From assembly GCF_009914755.1 (NCBI RefSeq), contig NC_060944.1: DNA of 64,000 nucleotides; one strand, given 5' to 3'. The notes under the pieces were generated by a model. It was not told the origin of the DNA. It did not search any database and saw only the letters and a list, made by a program, of their open reading frames with translations. Source of the stretch: the human T2T-CHM13v2.0 reference genome, Homo sapiens. Position numbers and translations under genes: made by a program. Shown here in pieces: positions 29,001-43,537 of this stretch (position 1 is its first letter; each line of letters opens with the position of its first letter).

Positions 29001-30285
29001 CCAGCAAAGAAAATCTCAGGCACAGGTGACTTTACTAGAGAATTCTGTCAACATTTAAGGAAGAATTAATGCCAATATTTCTCAAACATTCCTAAAAAAT
29101 TAAAGAAGAAAGAACAATTCTAAACTCCTGCTGTGAAGCTAGCACAACCCTAATATCAAAGCCAGACAATGGCGCTACAAGAAAAAAAAGTTAAATATTC
29201 CTAATGAATGTAGATGCAAAATCCTCAACAAATACCAGCAAATTGAATTCAACAGCACTATAAAGTATCATCCACCATAATTATGATGGATTTATTCCTG
29301 GAATGCAAGAAGGGTTCAACATGTGCAAATCAATATAATATGCCACATTAACAAAACAATTAAAATAACATGTTCATCTCTGTAGATGGAGAAAGAGCAT
29401 TTGACAAAATTCAACATTCTGTCGTTAGAAAAACACTTGAAAAAATAGGAATAGAAGGAAATTATTCCAACAGAATAAAGGCCATATGTAAAAACCCACA
29501 GCTCACATCATATTAATGAAGAAAAACTGAAATCTCTTCTTCTAAGATCAGGATCAGGAACAAGGCAAGGATGACTTTATGAAGTACATAAAGTCCTAGC
29601 TAAAATAATTAAGCAAGAAAAAGATATAAAAGGCATCCAAATTGGAAAGGAAGAAGTAAAATTTTCTCTATTCACAGAAAACATCATCTTATATATAAAA
29701 AAACCCCTAAAGATTCAACAAAAAGCTCTTAGAACTAATAAAATAAATTCAACAAAGTTGCAGGATTCAAAGTAAAGATTCAAAAAAACACAAAGAGCAA
29801 ACATTCTGAAAAGGAAATTAAGAAAACAATCCATTTGCCATGGCATCAAAATGAATAAAATACTTAGGAATAAACTTAGCTGGTGGGGGAAAGACTTGTA
29901 CACTGAATACTGCAAAATATTGCTGAAAGAAATTAAGGAAGACACAAGTAAATGGAAAGCCATCTAATTTTCATGAATTGAAAGAATATTTACAAATTCT
30001 AATACTAGCCAAAGCAATTTACAGATTTGATGTAATCCCTATAAAAATTCCAATGCTAATTTTAGAGAAATAGAAAGGACAATTTTAAAATCCATATGGA
30101 ACCACAACGGACCCTGAATATCCAAAACAATCATAAGAAAGAAAAACAAAGTTAGAGGCCTCACATTTTCTGACTTTGAAATATACTACAAAGCTACAGC
30201 AATCCCAATAGTGTGATATTAATGTAAAACTAATCATATAGATGAATGGAAGATAATGGATTAGTGGAACAGAATAGAAAGCCCA

Positions 30286-30547
<262 letters not shown>

Positions 30548-31527
30548 AGAAAGCCCAGAAATAAACCCACTTGCATATAGTCAAATGATCTTTGACGAGG
30601 GTGCCAAAACTTTACAATGCAGAAAGGATAATTTCTTCAACAAATATTGTTGGGAAAACTGGATATCCATATGCAAAAGAATGAAAGTGAACCCTTATCT
30701 TACACTGTTCACAAATGTTAACTCCAAATGGATTGAACACTTAAATGTAAGAACTAAAGCTGTAAAGCTCCTACAAGAAAACATAAAGAAAGGCTTTATC
30801 ACTTTGGTCGTGGCAATAATTCCTTGGATTTGACACCAAAAGCACAGGCAACCAAAGCAAAAATAGGTTAGGGTGATTACATCAAGATAAAATGCTTCTG
30901 TGCAAAAAAGGAAACAATGGAGTGAACAGGCAGCCTACAGAATTGGAGAAAATATTTGAAAACTGTATATGTGCTAAGGGCTTAATATCCAAAATATATA
31001 AGAAACACCTATAACTCAAAAGCAAATAAACACATAACCCAATTTAAAAATGGCTAAATTCTTAAATAGATATTTTTCAGGAAGACATGCAAATGACCAA
31101 CAGGGATATAAAAAGATACTCAACATCATTAATCATCAGGGAAATGCTAATTAAAATCACAAAAGGATTTATCACCTCATAACTGTATGACCATTTTTTA
31201 AAAAAGGAAAATAGCAAGTGTTGATGAAGATGTGGAGAAATTGAATTAGAACCCTATGTACTGTCAGTAGGAATGTAAAATGGTAGAGCCACTATGGAAA
31301 ACAGTATGGAGGGCCCTCAAAACATTAAAAAAATAGACCTACCATATGATACAGCAATCCCACTTGTGGGCATTTTTCCAAAATAATTGAATAATTCCAA
31401 AATAATTGAAAACAAGATCTTGAAGTGATATTTGCATTCCCATATTCATTATAGAATTACTCACAACAGCCAAAAAGTAGAAACAATCTAAAAGTCCATC
31501 ATCAAATGAACAGATGAAGAAAATATG

Positions 31528-31528
<1 letters not shown>

Positions 31529-31559
<31 letters not shown>

Positions 31560-31621
31560 GTATGATATATATACATGTATGATATATATAGTATGGTATA
31601 TATATATGTATGGTATATATA

Positions 31622-31667
<46 letters not shown>
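31529..31667. repeat. Compound (TA)n/(TG)n/(CA)n microsatellite
   Basis: Directly visible, within the L1. Confidence 0.95.
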
Positions 31668-32059
31668 ATGGAATATTATTCAGCCTTGAAAAGGGAAATT
31701 CTGTCATATTTCAACATGTGTCAATCTTAAGGATATTGTGCTAAGTGAAATAAGCCAGACACAAAGACAAATATATCGTGATTCCATTTATACGAGGTAT
31801 TGAAAGTAGCCAAACACATGGAAACAGAAGATAAAATGGTAGTTGTCAGGGCCTGGAGGAAACAGGAAATCTGGAGTTGCTGTTCACCAGGTGTGGAGTT
31901 TCAGTCAAGCAAGATAAAAACATTCTAGATTTCTGCTGTACAACAACGTGTATATCATTAACAAAATGTTCTGCAAACTTAAAATTTTGTTAAGATGGTA
32001 GATTTTTTTGTTATGTGTTCTTTAATTACAAAAATTTCTGTCTGTATTTAGTTTACATT

Positions 32060-32640
32060 TTAGTAAGGAAAGACAAATAAGCTAATAAGTGGTAATGATA
32101 AATGCTGTAAGGATATCTAGAGCAATAAAAGAAGTTATGGATATGGGAGTATAATTTTAGATAGTGAAGATTTCTGTATTCAAATGCCACATGGAAAAAG
32201 GACTAAGGGGAATGAGGAGATGAGTCATATGGAATGCCCAATACATAGAAGAAGGCAGGCAGAGAAAATAACAAGGATAAAGACACTGAAGTAAAATCAT
32301 GCTTTCTATATTTCAAAACAGCAGCAAGGACACTGGTGTGACAGAGAAGGAGTGATCAATGGGAGGTTGCAGATTTTGTCAGAGATATTGTCAAGGCTCA
32401 GGATCATACAGGGACTTGTAAACCTGGAAAGCACTTTGAATTTTATTCAGAATGAGATGAGAAGCCATTGAAAAGTTTTTAAGCAGATAAGTAAAATAAT
32501 ATACCTTGTATTTTAAGAGGAGCATTCTACTTTCTCTGTGGGATAGAGAGGTGGAAGGGCAAAGCTTGAAGCAGAGAGAGCAGTGAAGAGTGTACTGTAT
32601 ATTCTTATGTGAGAAATAGTGGAGGGAATGAGAGGTGGTC
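32060..32640 (-). mobile_element. L2 fragment
   Basis: ctttgaattttattcagaatgagatgagaagccattgaaaagtttttaagcag is a typical antisense L2 motif. Confidence 0.65.
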
Positions 32641-34150
32641 AGCCTTAAACTGCCATTTGCTCTCTGTATCAGGGCTCAGGGACTTTCAGACTCTCCAGGG
32701 ATTCCTTACGGTTTTTACATTCGTTTCTCAGTTGCAAACATAATTTCTTCACTCTATGAGAACTCTAGATCTGAATCCTTGTTATGAGTCAGGAGTCCAC
32801 TCTAGTTTACTCTGTTGTCAGTAACTAGACTTGAAATGTTTTGATATTAATTGATGTAGTAATACGATTGGTTAGAGAAATAGCAAAGAGCGAGCGTCCC
32901 CATCCTATGACCATATCAGCACCAGAAGAGAAAAACACATCTACACAGTTTTTCCCTTGGCATAGGCCCTGGTATTCTGTTAGGGAACAGGTTATAAAGG
33001 AAATACAAAGGGTCTTTGTACTTACTTTCAGAATGTATTTTCTTTAACATGAAAAGAATCCAAGGCCTTATTGCTTCTAATTGCTTTTTGTATATCTACT
33101 ACCATCCCTTGCTAAATTATTGATACTTTTCCTCAAATCTCGGCATGATGTCCTACATTCCAAATTTTCAATAGCTGAGAATTTCACCTTTTCAGTACCT
33201 TCATGTTTATCTTAGTAAAAATTTGAGAAAGACTGTAATAGAGTTATTTAATCAGATTTTTTATCTACCATAATTTTTGAATAAGGAAAAACATCAACAC
33301 TTTTTCTCCTTATTTGGCAAATAATTTCCATAGAGAGGAAAAAAACAATCAAAACAGGTACAAAATGTAACAAAACCAAAGGACCATGTGAGTTGAAATT
33401 TAAAATGAGAAAAATGTCCACATTACTTTGGGCAATGCAACTCCTGGGAAATAGTAACTCAGAACCTGAGAGCTAAATCATTCTATAGGACTAAATATAT
33501 ATTCTGGTACCCAAGGGGAAAATGACATCATAGAGAGGTTAGGTCTATTAAAACATATTTGTAGATGAGTAGGTATAAAAATGCTTTTAGAGATGGGAAG
33601 AGAAAAAACTCATTTATTTAACAAGTTCTGTTGGGTGCTTTTAACTAAAAGTGAAACATCACATGTTTATAACACTGAGGATGTAAATTGCAGTACATTT
33701 CAAATTACATGAGAAAATAAAGAAAATATCTGTTTCAAGTCACTGAATAATTCATCCTTATTTAGTGTTTGTCCCTAATTTCTGTGATTTTATGAATAAT
33801 TCAGAGCAATGATTTTACCTTTCTCTACAGCTGTATTTGGCAAAGGTCCACATTATTTTTGTTGCAAAGATGCAGCCAAGTTTCTTAGAATAGGAACAAT
33901 GTTTAGAATGTCTTTTTCCGTAATGAAAAATATTATGAAAGGGGCAACTAACATATAGCTTACAGGGTTCTCTATTGTGATAACTAAAACAGACTTAGCC
34001 TCAAGTAAAATTGACATCTTGCTAACTGTTGGTGGTGAAGGAGAAAGAAGACAACATTGAACCAGACTGGGGAAAGATGAATTCAAATTAGTTAGAGATT
34101 TGTCACCCAAAGCAAAACAAATTCAAACTTGAACTGAGTTGACATTGATA

Positions 34151-34502
34151 GTTATTATGAACTGCAAATCCCTCAAATTCATACGTTGAAATCCTAACTC
34201 TCAATGTATTGGCATTAGGAGGTAAACCTTTGGGAGGTAATTAGGTCATGAAGAGGAAACCCTCATCAAAGGAAAGTAGTGCCCTTCTAAGAAGATATAC
34301 CAGAGAGATTTTTCTCTCCTCCATGTGAGGATAAAATAAGAGAGCCATCTGTAAGTCAGGAAGACAGCCTTCACCAAGAACCCAACCATGCTGACTCCCT
34401 GATTTCAGATTTACAGCCTACAGATCTGTGAAAAACAAATGTTTGTTGTTTTAGCCACTCAATCTGTGTTTTCTGTTATAGCAGCCCACATTGACTAAGA
34501 AA
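34151..34502 (+). mobile_element. MLT1A/MSTD-like LTR
   Basis: aaattcatacgttgaaatcctaac...ttgggaggtaattaggtcatga...tgttatagcagccc...gactaaga. Confidence 0.8.
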
Positions 34503-35060
34503 ATACTAAAACCTTTATTTGATAGATGAAGATAGTATCAGACAAGGTATCATATGAGTAAAAACCTAAGATTTATGTGTGATCATTTTACATTGGAGCA
34601 GCTACTGAAACTTAAGACCAAAACCACTAGCTAACATCAGTATGTCAACCCAAAACATTTGGGACAGTAATGAAGTTACAGCAAATGAATTGTTTAAATA
34701 TATAATCCAGGCAAAGTTATCAGCAGAAATATAGGAAAAGAATCCACTAAATTTCGTTTATGAGAAATTCATGATTCATTGTATACCTTGATACTGGGCT
34801 TAAAGCAGCAATCCTAATTCCAGATCTACCTTCAAGTCTGGGTCAGTGTTCTCAAATGCTGCCAGTTTCATGTCAGGACCGGCTTAATATTGAAGGTAAC
34901 TGAGAATTGCTAATGTCTGACTGGAGCTGAAAGAGGCCAAAAGCAGGGTTATAACTTTCAGAAAACTGACCTGGTGTTAACTTCCATCCCTTCCATTTCA
35001 AACGGGAAGGTATCGCAATTAGAAACTATTAGCAGTCTTATCTAATAACTTGTGGATAAT

Positions 35061-36579
35061 TCTTTTTTTTTTTTCTTTTTTTAAGAGTCAGGGTCTCACT
35101 CTATCACCTAGGCTGGAGTGCAGTGGTGCAATTGTTATGGAATCTTTGGGGTGTCGATTTTCTTGTTGGAAAACTGTGGTTGGTGGCATCTTTGCCCGAG
35201 TTCTTGTCCTGCATCCAGGAAGAATGGTGTAGGTAGACAAGTGAAGGGTTAAAGGAGAGGAGATTTATTAAGTGCCAGAACAGCTCAGAGGAGACCCATA
35301 GTGGGTAGCTCCTCTCTAGGTTGTTCTGTCAAGTGTTCAGCTCTCAGCAGAAAGGGAAGCCCTGGAGAGGGTTGCTTCCATCTGCAGCTGTTAGTTCCCA
35401 GACATCTCTGTAGGTCTCTGAAGCATTCCGCAGAGAAAGTAGCTGGCCCTCCCATTGTCTCCAGCTATCAGCAGAAAGGATAACTCCTTCCTGCCTCTAG
35501 TCTTCCCTCCTCTGTCTTCTGCCCTGTTCTGGCTCAGTCCTGGGCTTTTATGGATGTCAGAGGGGAGGAAGTGTATGCCCATTGGTCCATGGGCAGCCAT
35601 GGGCGGGCCCAGGAAAAAGCACCATGAGTTTTGCCTCCAATCTGCAGGACTGGCAGCCTAGCCTGCAGGTGGGGCTTCACTGGGGACCCATTCCCTTCCA
35701 CCCAGGAGCCTGTCTGCCTCCCACAGCCATCCATGGCACCCAGGCTTCTGGCATCAAAGGGCACTTGCAGGCCAGTGCCCAGCCACCCTCGGACCCCCTC
35801 AGCTTCCCCTCCCATGTTCCTGCTCCTCGGTGTCCAAAGTCCAGAGGGGGCTGAGGTGGCAGGGGACTGGCATGTCAGCACTGCTTCCAATGTGTGCACA
35901 CCTGGCTGGGCTGTGACAGCACCCTGCTGGGTCCCAAACCCACTCTGAGATCAGAGCACAGAGCCAGGAGGTGGGAGAGACCAGGCAGCAGGAGGAGGAG
36001 CCTCCAAGCCTGCAAGGGGCAAGGGGGTCATTCCCAGCCTCCCCAAGAGTGCAGGGTTGCCTGAGTCTGCAGCATTGGTTTGGGTGGCTGGGTGGTGGGC
36101 TGGGGTGGGGACAGAGTAGGGGAGTTGGATAAACTCCTGTCTGCTCCATGGAGTGGGAGGTCCAGCTCTACAGCTACAGCTGCAGTTTGGGCAGCTGCAG
36201 CAGCACCCAGGGAGCTCCCATTCCAACTCAGAAAGGGCAGGGCTCCCACTTGTCCCCATCCTGCCAACTCCAGGGAGCATACAACCCCGGCCACACCTCT
36301 CCCCTGCAGCTGGCATGTTGGCAGCAGCCGCTGCCATCACAATCATAGCTTACTGTAGCCTCAAACTCCTGGTCCCAAGTGATCTTTTTACCACAGTCTC
36401 CCCAATAGCTGGGGCCACAGGCATGTGCCACAATGCCCATCTAATTGTTTTTTATTTTTTGTAGAGAAGGTGGTCTGGCTATATTGCCCAGGTTAATCTC
36501 TAATTCCTGGACTTAAGCCGTCTTCCTGCCTCATCCTCCTACATGGCTGGGATTACAGGCATGAGCGACTGTGCCCAGC
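35061..36579 (-). mobile_element. AluJ split by an LTR (pieces 35061-35132 and 36340-36579)
   Basis: ggagtgcagtggtgcaat | caatcatagcttactgtagcctcaaactcctgg rejoins into a contiguous AluJ. Confidence 0.88.
35133..36339 (-). mobile_element. MER52-family GC-rich ERV1 solo LTR
   Basis: TG...CA ends (tgttatggaatctttggggtgtcg ... gccgctgccatca) with 4-bp TSD caat; matches recalled MER52 termini. Confidence 0.85.
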
Positions 36580-37628
36580 TCCTGATAAATCCTTTCTTAA
36601 TCAAAGTCTTCATCAGCAGCCTTACTTACCACAGTCTTCCCAGATGATCTCAGGTATCCAAATAAATTAAAAGTAGCTACTGCTGACAAAACTGTTGGGT
36701 TCTCTGATATTGTGCAAGAATAAAATTATGCTAGGTCTTCCGTTAGCTAGCTCTTCTTCTGTAACAGTCTCTTTCTATGTATTAATCAAAACTGATGCAA
36801 CTTTTTAAAGAACTATTCCTAGAAACTTTCTTCCTTCCCAGTTAGATTTAATGTATTATTTATCCATTTAAAGGACTATATAAGTAGGACATGGTTTGGG
36901 TATATAACAGCACTTACGGCCATTTACTTTGTGGTTCAGTGATTTCTGTGTGCTTCTGACTTGTATATACTTTCAGCCCTTGTAGATGTAGTGGTGGTAG
37001 TTTTCCCAACTTAAATTTATCTTTATCATCCACCTTTATCCACAGTCCTCCTCATGATTAGCACATTGTCAATAAATATTTACTAAGCTGAACTGAAAGT
37101 TTTTATTATGCATAAATACTAAGATGTACATGTCCATGGTCATGCAGGACAGCAGAAGTCCTATTTTTTTTTACAAGTGTATCTATTGCTAACAATTGCT
37201 TCAAGGTCAGGAGCCAACTCATGTATTAGACATGTAAATCTTGTGAAAATATTCATATTGGAAACAGCATGTAGCAAGTGCAAACAGAACTAAATATATC
37301 CTTAAATTTATCACAGTCCCTTCAAAGTATGAATTCTTCTTCTAGCATTACATCAAATTTGATAAAATCCAAAAATATTTTATCTCAATGTTTCAAAAGT
37401 GTTGATGCTGTATACATTGAGTTGTTGTACAATTGAATGGAACCCACATTCAAAGTTTTTCCTCAATGTTAAAATTAGATGGTTCTCTCTGTGATTCTTT
37501 CTGTTTGCAGTTCTTCTCATTTCATTGTTAGAATTTGCCTCTACTAATGTAATTCATTTGACGTTGCAGACATTCTGATCTTTTCAAATGTGTATTTTGA
37601 CAGGTGCCTCAAACATTCATCCTTTGTT

Positions 37629-38001
37629 TGTGCTGTGGGCTGAAAGTTTAAATCTCTCCAAATTTCATGTATTGAAATCTAATTCCCAATATGTTGGTGT
37701 TAAGATGTGAGGCCAGGCTGGACACAGTGGCTCACACCTGTAATCCCAGCACTTTAGGAGGCCAAAGTGGACAGATCATGAGGTCAGGAGTTCAAGACCA
37801 GCCTGGCCAACATGGTAAAACACCATCTCTACTAAAAATACAAAAATTAACCAGGTGTGGTGGCACATGACTGTAATCCCAGCTACTCAGGAGGCTGAGG
37901 CAGGAGAATTGCTTGAAGCTGGGAAGCAGAAGTTGCAGTGAGCTGAGATTGTGCCACTGCACTCCAGCCTGGGCAACACAGCAAGACTCCATCTCAAAAA
38001 A

Positions 38002-38044
<43 letters not shown>

Positions 38045-38329
38045 AGAGGGGAGGTCTTTGGGATGTGAGTAGGTTAAGGGGGTTGGGGAGCCATCATGAA
38101 TGGCTTAGTCCCCTTATAAAAGAACCCATAGGGAGCTACTTTGCCCCTTTTGCCCTTATGCCATGTGAAGATGTAGCAGTAAGTTTGAGAAACAAACCTC
38201 ACCAGGTAACAACTCTGCAGGCACCTAGATCTTGGACTTCCCAACGCCCAGAACTGAGAATAATAAATTTGGTTTATAAGTTACCCAGTCTAAGGTAATT
38301 TATTACAGCAGTCCAAATGGACTCAAACA
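37629..38329 (+). mobile_element. MLT1A/MST-like LTR split by an Alu
   Basis: aatttcatgtattgaaatctaattcccaat...tcttggacttccca...cagaactgagaataataaattt...ttacccagtct. Confidence 0.75.
37716..38045 (+). mobile_element. AluS with (TAAA)n tail
   Basis: Full Alu whose tail has become a tetranucleotide repeat. Confidence 0.95.
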
Positions 38330-41300
38330 GGTTGTAAACAGTTGAAAAATGAGTATCTGTATTGAATCGCATATTTTAGCCAAAGTTTGCTTGTAGGAAT
38401 ACAGCCTATGACCAAAGAATTAATAGCTGACTCTCATTTGAATGGCCAAGATTTGCTCTCTATTTCCAGTATTTTATTTTTTTGCTTGTATGTTGGATAT
38501 AGGCAAATTTTTACACAACAAACCAGAAAAGTTCAATAGTCTTTCATTCTCTGCTTTCACTAACTTCTTTTAAGTATATTTCAACAATTATCTTAATAAT
38601 GTCACCAGTATATTAAGCATACCATTATAAACACTCTATTTCTATTTATTCAAAACTTGAATTGAGCTAGTCGCTAATAACATTTTTTAATTAGCATTGC
38701 AACCATATTCACCTACCATATTTTTCCCTCTCCTTTGATTTCTGGGTCATTACTCACTTTCACAATTTGTGTGTGACTCACCATTCTATACCCACTTTTG
38801 CCTTACCGTAAAATATTTTTCGATTTAATACATTTACATTTTTTCTCCTTTTGCTTTTAGAATTGTATTACTATCATGGAGAGTTTTCTTTTCCTTTTTC
38901 AAGAGTTTCTCAAAATTCTTGACTAAAGCCCTATCCCCTGAAGTGAGTAATATTCTTCACTATATTACTGCATCACATGTTTACATCTGGCTAAAGTAAG
39001 AAACACTACTCGTGTTCTGTAGCTAATTGATAATTGTTAAAATAAACTTAACAATTGATAACAAATTATAGAAAATGATTATTTTAAGGTTCTTTATACT
39101 TGTAATATTTGTAAATAATATGAGTTATCACCTCTTTCTGTAGCTAATTGTATGGGGAGCACATGCAGTTAGTAGCATGTTTCTTAACACATTTCTCATA
39201 TCAAGAATAACAAATACAATGCAGTGGGGAGTGGAGAAAAGAAATTAAATGTGGCTACATCTGTAAGTAACAATTGCAGCCACTTTGTCAAGGGTAAAAC
39301 AATCGTCCATGAGCTATACAGATTTTGTCACCAGAATAACTGAATCAAGAGGTTCCAACTCATTAATTTGTTTCATTCCCATATACCTGAACATCTGGGA
39401 CATGAAGAAATAGTGTGTATGTGTTAATAGGCAAAGCTGTAGTAATGACTTCTACCTACTAGAAGCAGTTATCTATTTTCCTGTTACTATCTAATTTTTA
39501 CACAAAAATACTTGAGATGAATATTGACAGAAACTCAGAAAGAAGTATGGCATAAATTAATATGAAGGTAATGTAGTAATGGCAGAAATTTACAGCTTAA
39601 AAGTTTTTACAGTGGGAAGATTATTGTAATAGTGAGAGCCATGTATAAGTTTGTTTTGAAATGATAATGTACAGCTAAAGAGTACAATGCTCAAATTTTT
39701 GTATATGTAGTTTTTGTAATTCAACAAGTAGGGTTAAGAGACACTAAGAATTATACAGAATGTTGGATTTTATTTCACGTCTGTTCCTCTTGTGAGACAT
39801 TGCCATCTTTCCCATGTTTCATCAGGTGTTCAGTAAGTTAACAACATTCACTCTGTGAAAAGTACCACATGATTTATTGTATAAATATAGTTGGAAATAC
39901 ACTGTGGTTCCTCATATCCTCAAGCTTATAATTCAGTTTGGAGACTACACTATATAAATGTAGAAATGCCATAATTATGCTTATAAATTGACTTTTTAAA
40001 ACATGCAAATTAATATGGTAGAAACTGAATACATAAGTATGGGGGTGCCATATAAAATAATGATCAATGCCAGTGGGATTAATCAAGGAAAGTTTCTTGG
40101 GGAAGTGAATTCTAAACAGAATTTGGTATATTTGTTTGTTTAGCACTCATTTTATGTTTTCTGATTATAAATACAATGTATTCTCATATTCTCAAGGTAA
40201 TAAATTTGCAAATTTTAAATTAGTAGGAAGAGTAAAAGGAACTAAGATCCCACTGTCCAAAGGTAATCATTATTCAGGTTCTGCTCTTTTCCTTCCATTT
40301 GGTTCTCTGATATTTTCTTCATGGTTGCCATTATATCACATATTCAATATTATAACCCACTTTGTGTTTCAGTCAGTGTCTATACATACAACTTTGAATG
40401 ATACAAATGTCTCATAGAAACTAAGTTTAATCAAATCAAGAAACTAAGTTTAATGCCAGTCTATATCAATGTACCGTTTCCTTCTAGCTAAATATTTAGG
40501 CTTTTCCAAATTTTGTTAACATAAATAACTCCAAAGATATTTTTGTTAACATTTTCTCTTAGTGTTATTTTCCTAAGGTAGACTTTAACAATTTACTATA
40601 ATAAATTATAGAAAATGATCATTTTAAGGTTCCTTTTACTTGTAATATTTGTAAATAATATGTTATCACCTCTTTCAAATTAATTATTTCTGCTTGATAT
40701 TTTATTGCATTGATCAGAATTCCCAGAATTGTAATATAATGCTAATTATTAAATCTTACATTCCTTCTCATGTTAATAGTTATTATTTTGTAAATATGAT
40801 GCTATTAGCAAATTTTAGATTGACATCCTTAATATATTAGTTAGATGTTAGTAATTCTACTTTTCCTTATAACTGTATTTTTCTTTTTAATCAGAAATCA
40901 ATCTTGAGTTTTGTTCAATAATTTTATGATATTTATTCTGATTTTCATATTACTTCCTATTAACATATTGGTAAGTTTTTCTAAGATTTTCCATGTTTAT
41001 CTGAAAGAAGTTCTGTAATTTTCTTCACTGTTGCCATTATCAGATTATATATCCGATTTACAAAAGTTTTGTTAAAAATTTGGATCCCCCCATTTTTGTA
41101 TGTCATTGAACATTTTGTTGACGTTTCACATTTCTTGATTATTGAAGGAAATCTGTAAGTCCATTGCTTGCAAAAGTTTTTTTGGAGAAAAGTTACTCTT
41201 TTTTAGTATATACTACTTTGTTATTGCTATGTTCACCTATTAAAGTTAAATTATCTACTTTATTAAGACTTAAAATATTAATATATCATAGTATCAACTT

Positions 41301-41795
41301 TAAATATCTTCACGTCTGTTGTCATATGCTTTATTTCTAATTTTTAAATGTGTACTTTATCTTGATTAAATTTTATTGAAACATCTATTTTCTTATTGTT
41401 TCTTTTTTAAACAATCCAGTCAGGATTTTGCAATTATATTTTTTATGATTTATGATTTTATTGTTATTGTTACCCTCATATATCTTGCTTTTTAAAATAA
41501 ATTTGTATAACTTCTTAAATTTGATGCTGTTTATTTTCTTTTTTTTAAGTAGACCTTTACCTATTCTTTCTTCACCCACTTACGTTTGAGTCACCTGCAA
41601 TGTGTCAGCTTCTACTTTCCCTGATCTTCCTTGTTGCTTTCCCTTATTTCTTCCTATAATCCAGGTATGATGATCTTCCAATTGGCTCTCATGGCACCCT
41701 ACACTTCTGTTATCACAGCACATGCTATTCCATTGTGCAAATGGATGGGCAACTAAGAGCACTTTCAGGACTTTATCATAATGTTTCAAAGTCAT

Positions 41796-42097
<302 letters not shown>

Positions 42098-42639
42098 TGA
42101 AAATTCTTAAATCCACTCATGGGCTATCTTCTAACTGTTCCCTTCCTCTATTTATGTCTCCAGTAAATTTCAACTCGTTCTTCAAATCTGGCTTCTGAGT
42201 GACCTTTTCAGAGATTCTCCAATGTATTCAAGTAAATAAAATAACTGACTTCTATGTTTTTTCATTTTATTTTATGATTAAATATCAAAATATTGAAATA
42301 AACAATATGTCCTAAGTAGGTTTTCTTTCTATTTCAAGTTCTAGATTTTGAGGCCTTTAAAGATAGAAACAACGGAATCAGGTCCTTGAACACAGGAGTT
42401 AATCAGTAAGCACTTGTTGAATAAACAATAACAGGACATCTTTCCAATTTCCTAAAACTCATCAAAGAATTCTTACTCATTCTAATCCATCTTTCTTTAT
42501 GATGAGACCAAACCACTCACTGTGGTCAACGGCATTAAAAAATAAAAAGTGGGGAATTTCCAGAGGTTAAAAAATGTGGACAAAACTATTTGAAATATTC
42601 ATGTACTTATGAACTGATTCATTAAAAAATTTTCACTAT

Positions 42640-43185
42640 TAATATTTGTTAAATGCCTACACATCATTAGGGACCATAAGTATAACAGGGAACAAAACAG
42701 AAAAATTTTCTGGCCACATGAAATCTATATTCTAGAGGACAGAAGAAATGGTCTGATAAGAATCAGGAAAGAACAAGATACGTCCAGATTAAATCATAAC
42801 CTTTTTGCAGAATAAGAGTGAAATCACTGTAAGCTATGTTGATATTTGACCAGGCTACTTGAACACTTTTAGATAAGTGCTTTAAAGCTATTGGTGGCTT
42901 TTGAACAAGGAACTACTGTGGTCATTGAATTTCATGAAAGAGTGCAATAGAAGTGGAAAATGTACATATAAATATTCTCAGGCCACAATGTGCCATATCA
43001 TGGAAACTTTGCAATTTTCCAGATGACAGAGAATAGAAATATGAGACATGACAATGGAAATGATAGTGAAAGGATGAATGTTAAATACACTGCAGAGGAG
43101 TAAGAACTGGCAAGAATTGACAAATGATGAGTTAAGCAAGGAAAATGAAAAAATGAGGAGTCAGGTGAGTAAGAAGGGAGGCGGA
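42640..43185 (-). mobile_element. L2 fragment
   Basis: atttgttaaatgcctac...gggaacaaaacag...aaagctattggtggcttttgaacaagg. Confidence 0.5.
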
Positions 43186-43187
43186 AT

Positions 43188-43537
43188 AAAATCATGCATC
43201 GCTTAATAACAGAGAAACTTTCTGAAAAATGCGTTGTTAGGCAATTTCATTTTCCTGCAAACATCATAGAGTGTACTTACACTAACCTAAATTGCAGCCC
43301 ACTACTGCACAACTAGGCAATATGGTATAGCCTATTGCTCCTAGGCTACAAAACTTTATAGCATGTTACTTTACTCAATACTGTAGGCAATTGTAACACA
43401 ATGGTAGATATTTGTGTTTCTAAACAAGCAACAACATAGAAAAGGTACAGTAAAATACAATAAGATAGTCTTATGGGTCTACCATCTTATATACAAGTCT
43501 GTCCTTGACCAAACATTGTTATGGGGCGCATGACTGT
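43188..43537. mobile_element. Tigger3a-like DNA transposon
   Basis: aacatcatagagtgtacttacac...ggtatagcctattgctcctaggctacaaa...cgcatgactg|ta. Confidence 0.8.

Noticed and set aside
33966-33985. 20-nt micro-exon candidate (ttttag|...|gtaagc, minus strand)
   Set aside because: Too short to distinguish from chance.
35301-36464. Dense overlapping ORFs of 60-131 aa
   Set aside because: All lie in the GC-rich MER52 LTR, where stops are rare; no recognisable domain.
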